From: Polyangiales bacterium
GTDB taxonomy: Bacteria; Myxococcota_A; Polyangia; Polyangiales; JADJQN01
Direction: 5' to 3'
Assembly (NCBI GenBank): GCA_964202905.1
Contig: CAXNJO010000011.1
Coordinates: 1-64,000, forward strand
DNA: 64,000 bases
Positions 54,635 through 64,000 of this stretch are shown here, in pieces (position 1 is the stretch's first letter; the number at the start of each line of letters is the position of its first letter). A program made the position numbers and the translations under genes. The notes below the pieces were generated by a model that saw only the letters and a list, made by a program, of their open reading frames with translations, was not told the origin of the DNA and ran no database searches.

Positions 54635-55420
54635 CTACTCGGCGGCGCTGCGCGCCTCGTCGGGGCGCCGCACGACGATCGTCGCCATGCGCTCGCGCGC
54701 CTCGAAGTCGCGGCGGTAGGCTTCGGCTTCGTGCAGCGTGTCGAACGGACCGACGCGCACGCGGAAGTGGCGGCCGCGGCCGGGGATGTCGGCGCTCGTC
54801 GTGAACGCGTGGTGGCCACGCACCCGGAGCGCGGCGGCGAACGCGTCCGCCTCGTCGCGCTGGTCGTAGGAAATGACCTGCACCGTGTAGGCGCCGTCGC
54901 TCCCGGCGTGCGCGGGCGTGCGGGCGTCGGCGGGCTCGGCGGCAGGGACGCGGGCGACGAGCGCGTCGGCGGCGGGGCGCGTGAAGACGCGGGCCGCGCT
55001 GCCCGCCGCGACCGCCGCGGGGAGCGAGGTCGGCACGACGGACGCTGCACCGTCGGCGCGCGCTGGGAAGTCGCGGAGCGCGGCGGCCTCGGCCCCAGCG
55101 GCAGCGAGCGCGGCGTCGACCTCGGGGCGCGCGTCCTCCGCCTCCGTGAGCGCCGCGGGGAAGGTCAGCGACTCCCGCTCGAGCGGGGGCGGGACCGGGA
55201 CCGGCGTCGGCGCCGGGGCGAGGCCCTCGAGCGCATCGAGGCGCGCGAGCGGGTCCTGCGACGGGCCTTCCGCCGCGCCTGCCCGGTCGGTGACGAACGC
55301 GCCCACCGCGAACACCAGACCGGCCGCGGCCACCGTGCCGAGGGCGTAGAGCCCCAGGCGGCGCCCCGCCCCCTCATCACGCTCCCGGATCTGCTCGAGG
55401 TCTCGCATCGCCATGTCCAT
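54635..55420 (-). CDS. SPOR-domain membrane protein
   Basis: N-terminal TM, Pro/Ala linker, YTVQVISY...FRVRVGPF; GGAGG upstream. Confidence 0.88.
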   Translation of the reverse strand: MDMAMRDLEQIRERDEGAGRRLGLYALGTVAAAGLVFAVGAFVTDRAGAAEGPSQDPLARLDALEGLAPAPTPVPVPPPLERESLTFPAALTEAEDARPEVDAALAAAGAEAAALRDFPARADGAASVVPTSLPAAVAAGSAARVFTRPAADALVARVPAAEPADARTPAHAGSDGAYTVQVISYDQRDEADAFAAALRVRGHHAFTTSADIPGRGRHFRVRVGPFDTLHEAEAYRRDFEARERMATIVVRRPDEARSAAE

Positions 55421-55506
55421 CACGCCTCCCGTGTGCTGCCCTGAGGGTGTGTGTAAGACAACGACGCCAATGTCGTCAAAAAAGCGTCCGCCGTGCGCGC
55501 GTGGAC

Positions 55507-55911
55507 TCAGCGATCGCGGACCACGCAGTCGATGCAGAGCTCCGTGTACGGGCCGCGGTCGTTGCCGCGCTGCTGCCACACGAGCAGCGAGTCCCCCGAT
55601 TGCGCGGGGATCTCGAGGCGGAAGCGCCCCGCTGCGTCGGCCCGCACGATGACGCCGGACGCGAGGCGGACGTTGAGGCACGACACGAACGCGTCCGGCA
55701 GCACCTCGCCCGTCACCGTGACGAGCCCGGTCGCCGCGTCGGGGCTCGTCGCGGCGAGCGCAGCGGGCGGCGGCAGCGGCAGCGTCGGCGCCGTGCACGC
55801 GGCCCCGAGGGCAGCCGTCCCGAGCAGCGCGATCGCGAGCGCCGCGGCCCGCAGGCCCCGCTGCAGCCCCGCCCCGATCTCCCCCGTCCATCCCGCGCGC
55901 CGTGCCGTCAT
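55507..55911 (-). CDS. Small predicted lipoprotein with Ig-like beta domain
   Basis: Lipobox LGAAC then TAPTLPLPPP; ADAAGRF...AQSGD. Confidence 0.65.
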   Translation of the reverse strand: MTARRAGWTGEIGAGLQRGLRAAALAIALLGTAALGAACTAPTLPLPPPAALAATSPDAATGLVTVTGEVLPDAFVSCLNVRLASGVIVRADAAGRFRLEIPAQSGDSLLVWQQRGNDRGPYTELCIDCVVRDR

Positions 55912-56151
55912 GGTGTCTCCCCGGGCGTCGCACGCCCGCTCCGCGCCCAAGCAAAGCCGGGGCCGACCTCCGCGTCCACGGGACGACGGTGTTTTCCCCG
56001 TGCGGGAGCGGCGCACGATGCAACGAAGTTGGCGTGAGTCCGCAACGATGTTGCATGTCGGCGGGGCGCCTCGGGCCGCATCCGGCCTCTTTGTTACGCG
56101 CGCGTGCGTGCGTGCGACGCCGTGGAGCCCGTGATAGCGTCGCCGCCGCCC

Positions 56152-58845
<2,694 letters not shown>

Positions 58846-58903
58846 CCGACGGTCACGGGACGCCGGGAGCCGGCGAGCCGCCGACCGTGACGGGTCGCCG
58901 ACG

Positions 58904-59512
58904 ATGACGGGGCGCGCGGCGCCGACGCGGGCTGCGGGGCGCTGCGGTCCCTTCCTCGACGCGCTGCGGCGGGAGTTCCCCGGGCTCCGCGTGATCGCCA
59001 AGCAGCGTGACCCGCTCTCGCGCGCGATCGACGTCGCGCTGCGGATCGTGACGCTCGGCGGCCAGTCGGCCTACTTGACGCAGTACGTGACGACGCTCGG
59101 CGTCTCCCTCTACGTGCCGTCCGACTGGGACTCGCGCGACGACCTCCCGCGTTATTGCGTGCTGCGCCACGAGGCCGTGCACCTGCGGCAGTTCCGGCGG
59201 TACGGGTACCTCGGGATGGCGTGGCGTTATCTCGTGCCGATCCTGCCGCTCGGCCTCGCGTGGGGGCGTGCGCGGCTCGAGTGGGAGGCCTATTCCGAGA
59301 CGCTGCGCGCGACGGCCGAGGTGTACGGCCTCGCGGCGGCCGAGCAGCCCGCGCTCCGCGCGCGCATCCTCGCGCAGTTCACGGGCCCTGCCTATGGGTG
59401 GATGTGGCCGTTCCCGACGGTGGTCTCGCGCTGGTACGACGCGACGCTCGTCGCGCTGCGCACGGGGGAGGGCGCCGATTCTCCTGTGGAGGCGCCCGCC
59501 GAGACCGTGTAG
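58904..59512 (+). CDS. HEXXH zinc-metallopeptidase-like protein
   Basis: RHEAVH with downstream EWEAY. Confidence 0.65.
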   Translation: MTGRAAPTRAAGRCGPFLDALRREFPGLRVIAKQRDPLSRAIDVALRIVTLGGQSAYLTQYVTTLGVSLYVPSDWDSRDDLPRYCVLRHEAVHLRQFRRYGYLGMAWRYLVPILPLGLAWGRARLEWEAYSETLRATAEVYGLAAAEQPALRARILAQFTGPAYGWMWPFPTVVSRWYDATLVALRTGEGADSPVEAPAETV

Positions 59513-59527
59513 AAAAGAGTTAGCGAG

Positions 59528-62217
59528 ATGACAGAACCCGTCCTCGGCATCGATCTCGGCACCACCAACTCCGTCGTCGCGATCGCCGAACCGGGGGGCG
59601 TCCGGGTCCTGCGGGACGAGGACGGAAACACGCTCGTCCCCTCGGTCGTCGCCTTCGGCCCGGAGGGCGACGTGCACGTCGGCTACCCCGCGCGTGAGCG
59701 GCGGCTGCTCGACGCGAAGAACACGATCTACTCCGTGAAACGCCTGATCGGGCGCCCCTTCGCGAGCCCGGAGGTCGCACGCGCGCGGGAGCGTTTCCCG
59801 TTCACGCTCGCGCCCGGGCAGCTCACGGGGATGACCGTCGTCGAGGCGCGCGGCGAGTCGTATCCGCTCCCCGAGATCAGCTCGTTCGTGTTGCGCAAGG
59901 TGCGCGACGTCGCCGAGGCGGCGCTCGGGCGCGAGTGCACGCGCGCGGTCGTCACCGTCCCGGCGAACTTCAACGAGTTGCAGCGCAGCGCAACGAAGGC
60001 GGCCGCGCGCATCGCCGGACTCGAGGTGCTGCGCATCCTCAACGAGCCGACGGCGGCCGCGCTCGCGTACGGCTATGGGCGCGGCGCGCAGCAGCGCATC
60101 GCGGTGTACGACTTCGGCGGCGGCACCTTCGACCTCACGATCCTCGAGCTCTCGGGCGACGTCTTCGAGGTCATCGCGACGGCGGGCGACACCTTCCTCG
60201 GGGGCGACGACATCGACGTGCTCGTCGCGGACGTGATGGCCTCGGAGGCGCTCGACCGGCACCGCTTCGACGCGCGCCGTGACGCGCAGGCTTACGAGCG
60301 GCTGCGCGCGGCGGCCGAGTGGGCGAAGTGCCAGCTCTCGTCGGCGGCGGAGGTGCAGCTGAAGCTCGAGGAGCTCGCGTACGACTCGGGCGGGCGATCG
60401 ATCGACCTCGACTTCGGCTTCGATCGCGCCGCCCTCGAGCGGCTCATGCGGCCGCTCATCGCGCGCTCGTTCGAGGTCTGTGAGGACGCGATGCGCGTCG
60501 CGGGCGTGCGGCCGACGCAGCTCGGCAACGTGATCCTCGTCGGCGGCACGACCCGCATCCCGCTCGTGCGCTCGATGGTGCGCGAATACTTCGCGCGCGA
60601 GCCCCTCGCGCACATCGATCCGGATCTCGTCGTCGCGCAGGGCGCGGCGATCCAGGGGCTCTCGCTCGCGGGGCAGGCGCCGACCAGTCGTCGCAGCACG
60701 CAGCTCGCGCGTGTGTCGCTGAAGAAGGTGCAGGCGGGGGATGTGCGGGAGGTCGATCTGCGCCGTCCGCGCGGGCCCGCCTTCGCGAACGAGGCCGCGC
60801 CCGCGAGCGGGCGGCTCGGATCGATGCGACCGCCGGCGCCGCCGCGGACGCTCCCGCCGCCCACGCTCCGCCCCGCGTCGATCCCGGCCGCGTCGCGTCC
60901 GCCCGCGCCGCAGGCCCCGACGGTCGCTCCGTCGTCGGACGCCGGAAACACGAGTCTTTTCGAGGAGTTCGCCGAAGACGCGCACCAAGCGCGCACGCGT
61001 CCCGGCGTGTCGAAGCTGGGCCTCGAGGCTCCTGGCGCCGAAGCGCCGATGGACGTCGAGCTCGATCTCACGCCGCGTCCGCAGTCCGTGCCGCCTGAGG
61101 CGTCGCCCCCCGCGCCCGCGCTGCCGTTGACGCACCGCCCCGAGCCGATGTCGGTGCCGCCCCTCGCGTTCCCGTCGTCGCGACCGGGCGTGGCTGCGTC
61201 CGCGACGCCCACCACGGTGCGTCCGGAGCCCGAGCTGCCGCGCAGCGTGGGCGCGGTCATCATCGCGGCGAGCGTCGCCGTCGAGGCCCCGCGCGAGGGG
61301 GTGCGGCCCGAGGCGACGCGCCGGCCGATCGCTCCCCGCCACTGCCCGCGCCGCCACTGCCCGCGCCGCCACTGCCCGCGCCGCCACTGCGCCGCGCCGC
61401 CACTGCCGCCGCACGCGGCGCCGCCGCTGCCTGCGCCGCGGCCGCCGCTTCCCGCGCCGCCGCTGCCGACGCGGCCGCCGCTGCCGGCTGCGCCGCCGGC
61501 TGCCCGCGCCGTCCGCTGCCGGCTGCGCCGCAGTCCGGCGCGTTCGATCTCAGCGAGGATCCGCTCGCTTGGCTCGAGCTGCCCGAACCTGGGGCGGCGG
61601 AGCCGTCGGCGCCCCGCGCAACGCTGCCCGGTGCTGGGGTGCCGCCCGTGCTCGCGCCGGCGCTGCCCGCGTGGCAACCGCTCCCGCCGCTGCCGCTTCC
61701 GCCGCGCTTGGAGCCCTTCTCACTGCCGCTGACCGAGGCTGCGCCGCCACTGCCGCTGCAGGCCCCGGGGCCGGATCTCCTTCCGCTCCCGGCGGGGCCA
61801 GCGCCGCTGCTCCTCGACGTCACGCCGCTCTCGCTCGGCATCGAGACGGTAGGCGGTTACTGCGAGCACGTCATCGCGCGGAACGCCGCCATCCCGGTCG
61901 AGCAGACGCGCGTGTTCTCGACCGGGCAGGACGGGCAGACCGAGGTGAGCGTCCGCATCTGCCAGGGCGAGTCGCGCAAGCTCGCAGACAACCAGGAACT
62001 CGGCGAGATCGCGCTGAGCGGCCTGCGCGCGGCGACCCGCGGGCTCGTCCAGATCGAGGTGACGTTCGTGCTCGACGCGGACGGGACGCTCGGGGTGCGG
62101 GCGCGGGACGTCGAGACCGGGCAGGAGCAGGCCGTGCGCATCAGGCTCGTCGGCGGCCTCGATGAGGCGGCCATCGCCGCGGCGACCGCGCGGCAGGTGA
62201 AGAAGCTGGGGCGCTGA
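59528..62217 (+). CDS. Atypical Hsp70 (DnaK-like) with long Pro-rich insertion and no lid; frameshifts inside the insertion
   Basis: GIDLGTTNS, TVPANF, NEPTAAA, DFGGGTFD, LVGGTTRIP; SBD LLLDVTPLSLGIET, QIEVTFVLDADG in another frame. Confidence 0.9.
61336..61410 (+). repeat. 15-bp tandem repeat x4-5 (PPLPA)
   Basis: CCGCCACTGCCCGCG repeated within the Hsp70 insertion. Confidence 0.85.
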
Positions 62218-62218
62218 G

Positions 62219-62713
62219 ATGGGTGACGGCGATCGGCTCGATCTCCTCGACTACTACACCCTGCTGCGGGTCGCGGACGACGCCGGACCGGACGTCATCC
62301 GCAGGGCGTTTCATGGGTTCGCCCTCAAGTTTCACCCGGATCGCCACGCGGACGCCGCGGACGACAAGCGCGAGCGTGCCGCGCGGATCTACCGTCGCGG
62401 CGCCGAGGCCTACCGCGTGTTGCAGGACCCGGTGACGCGCCGGGCCTACGACGCGCAGCTCGCCGCGGGGAAGCTGCGCTTCGACGCCGAACAGGCGAGA
62501 AAATCGAAGCGCGCGCCCGCCCCAAACGGCGCGCCCGCCGTGCAGAGCCCGCAGGCCCGCCCGTTCGTGATGAAGGCCGAGCAGGCGCTCCGCACCGGCG
62601 ACCTCAAGACCGCGCGGCTCAACCTGCAGATCGCGCTGCGGCACGATCCCGGAAGCGCCGCGCTCGAGGCCAAACTCGCGGGCGTCGAGGCGCAACTCAA
62701 GGCCGCGAAGTAG
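62219..62713 (+). CDS. J-domain protein with C-terminal TPR-like helices
   Basis: DYYTLL, KFHPD, AYRVLQDP..RRAYD. Confidence 0.92.
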   Translation: MGDGDRLDLLDYYTLLRVADDAGPDVIRRAFHGFALKFHPDRHADAADDKRERAARIYRRGAEAYRVLQDPVTRRAYDAQLAAGKLRFDAEQARKSKRAPAPNGAPAVQSPQARPFVMKAEQALRTGDLKTARLNLQIALRHDPGSAALEAKLAGVEAQLKAAK

Positions 62714-62737
62714 CAGCGCGCGTGCTAGAGCGGCTCC

Positions 62738-62995
62738 GTGGTCGCCGGGACGCTCTACTTCCTGCTCTTCGTCGGGTGCTTCGCCTCGCTGGTCGTGACC
62801 GGGCTGATCGCGTGGGTGCTCTACGCGGTGGGTCGGCGGCGCGAGGCGCGTGCGGCGGCGTCGCGGGCGGCGCGGCGGCGCGAGGCCGCGGATGAGCGCG
62901 GCGGGTCCGCGGAGGCGGGTGTGGAGGCGGCGACGCGCGACATCGCCGCGGACGAGCCCGGCGCGGCCGCGCCGGCACACGGAGACGACCGATGA
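62738..62995 (+). CDS. Small single-pass membrane protein
   Basis: Hydrophobic N-terminus, charged tail, ATGA overlap with next gene. Confidence 0.5.
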   Translation: MVAGTLYFLLFVGCFASLVVTGLIAWVLYAVGRRREARAAASRAARRREAADERGGSAEAGVEAATRDIAADEPGAAAPAHGDDR

Positions 62996-63980
62996 CCCAG
63001 CGCCCGCGCCTCGGCGACATGCTCGTGCAGTCGCACATGCTCACGCCCGACAAGCTCGACCAGGCGCTCGCCCTGCAGGGGGCGCGCCCGGGGAGGCTCG
63101 GTGAGATCCTCGTCGAGGAGGGGTTCGTCACCGAGAACCAGCTCACGCAGACGCTGTCGAACCAGCTCAGCGTCCCGTGGGTCTCGCTGCACCATGTGGA
63201 CTTCACGCGCGCGTTGCTGAACCACGTGCCGCGCGAGCTCGCGGAGCGCTGGTGCGTCGTGCCGGTCTACGTGCGCGCGGTGCGGCGCGACGGGGACACG
63301 CTCTTCGTCGCGATGGACGACCCGACGAACGAGGAGGCCATCGCCGCCGTGTCCGCCGCCGCGGGCCTGCCCGTCCGGCCGATGGTCGCGGCGCCGAGCG
63401 ACATCCGGCAGGCGATCCGCGCGTACTACGGGGGTCAGCCCGCCCCCGCGCCGCGCGCGCAGCCTGCCCTCCTCGGGCCCGCGCCGGCAGTGCCCGCGCC
63501 GGCAGTGCCCGCGCCGGCAGTGCCCGCGCCGAGCGGCCGGTCGTCGCCGCGCCCGTCGCGCCTGCGCCTGCGCCTGCGGTGCCCGCGCCCCCGACAACCG
63601 CGCCGCCGCTCGAGCCTGCCTTGCCGCTTGAGCCCGCCGCGCCGCGCGAGACGCCGTCGGCGGGGCTGCGCCGCACTGCGTCGCGTCCGCGCATGATCGC
63701 CATCACCCTGCTCGATGGCACCTCGATCGCGCTCCCGTCCCCCGGCGAGAAGCGCATCGCCGAGGCGGAGCAGGGCGCGCCCGCCGGCGTCGCGGACACG
63801 CTCACCGCGGCGGATCTCGTCGCGGCCCTGCGTGCCCGCGCGGCCGGTGCCGACGTGAGCGCAGTGCTCGGCGACGCGACCTGGGAGTCGATGTTCGCCG
63901 CGCTCCTGAGCGTGCTCCTGAAGAAGCACCTCATCGCCGACTGGGAGTTCGTCGAGGAGTGGAAGAAGCACCGCCCCTGA
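62992..63980 (+). CDS. Stand-alone MshEN/GspE-N domain protein (frameshift ~63535)
   Basis: RLGDMLV...LDQALALQ and RLGEILVEEGFV...LSNQ, LFVAMDDP; C-terminal LLSVLLKKHLIADWEF in another frame; no ATPase motifs. Confidence 0.85.
63478..63531 (+). repeat. 15-bp tandem repeat x3.5 (PAPAV)
   Basis: CCCGCGCCGGCAGTG repeated. Confidence 0.85.
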
Positions 63981-64000
63981 GGGGCGGCGCTGGCCTCCGG

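Noticed and set aside
61336..63531. 15-bp tandem repeats as CRISPR or contingency loci
   Set aside because: No spacers or cas genes; unit length is a multiple of three and encodes Pro-rich linkers.

Overview
Very GC-rich bacterial chromosomal DNA. Gene content (eukaryotic-type Ser/Thr kinase, FHA-GGDEF, PilT, atypical Hsp70, MopE-type motif) suggests Myxococcota, probably Polyangia-like (inference). About 43 genes are supported; most long ORFs in the supplied track are GC-driven shadow frames. At least eight genes carry apparent single-base indels (including lon), most simply uncorrected long-read errors. Layout: chimeric TPR/kinase gene and lon; a ~39-kb envelope-glycosylation region (seven GT-C-like membrane proteins, three paralogous single-pass discoidin-like proteins, a membrane sulfatase-fold protein, GT4, WecB, CgeB-like GT, AsnB, GT2-methyltransferase); within it a TPR + radical SAM pair, hppA, and a lower-GC islet (HIT, HNH, Cys-repeat lipoprotein bounded by a duplicated HNH 3' end, hydrolase, beta-barrel). 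Then epimerase/acyltransferase, DGC, PBP, a His-rich RGPP-ending leader ORF before a TonB receptor and two lipoproteins, pilT, SPOR, gyrA, and an Hsp70-J-MshEN operon. Best candidates for undescribed biology: the His-rich RGPP leader/TonB module, the HIT-HNH locus with its tail-duplication cassette, the GT-C/discoidin system, the Hsp70-J-MshEN module, and recurrent leaderless-type promoters. No rRNA, tRNA, CRISPR array, transposase or integrase was recognised.
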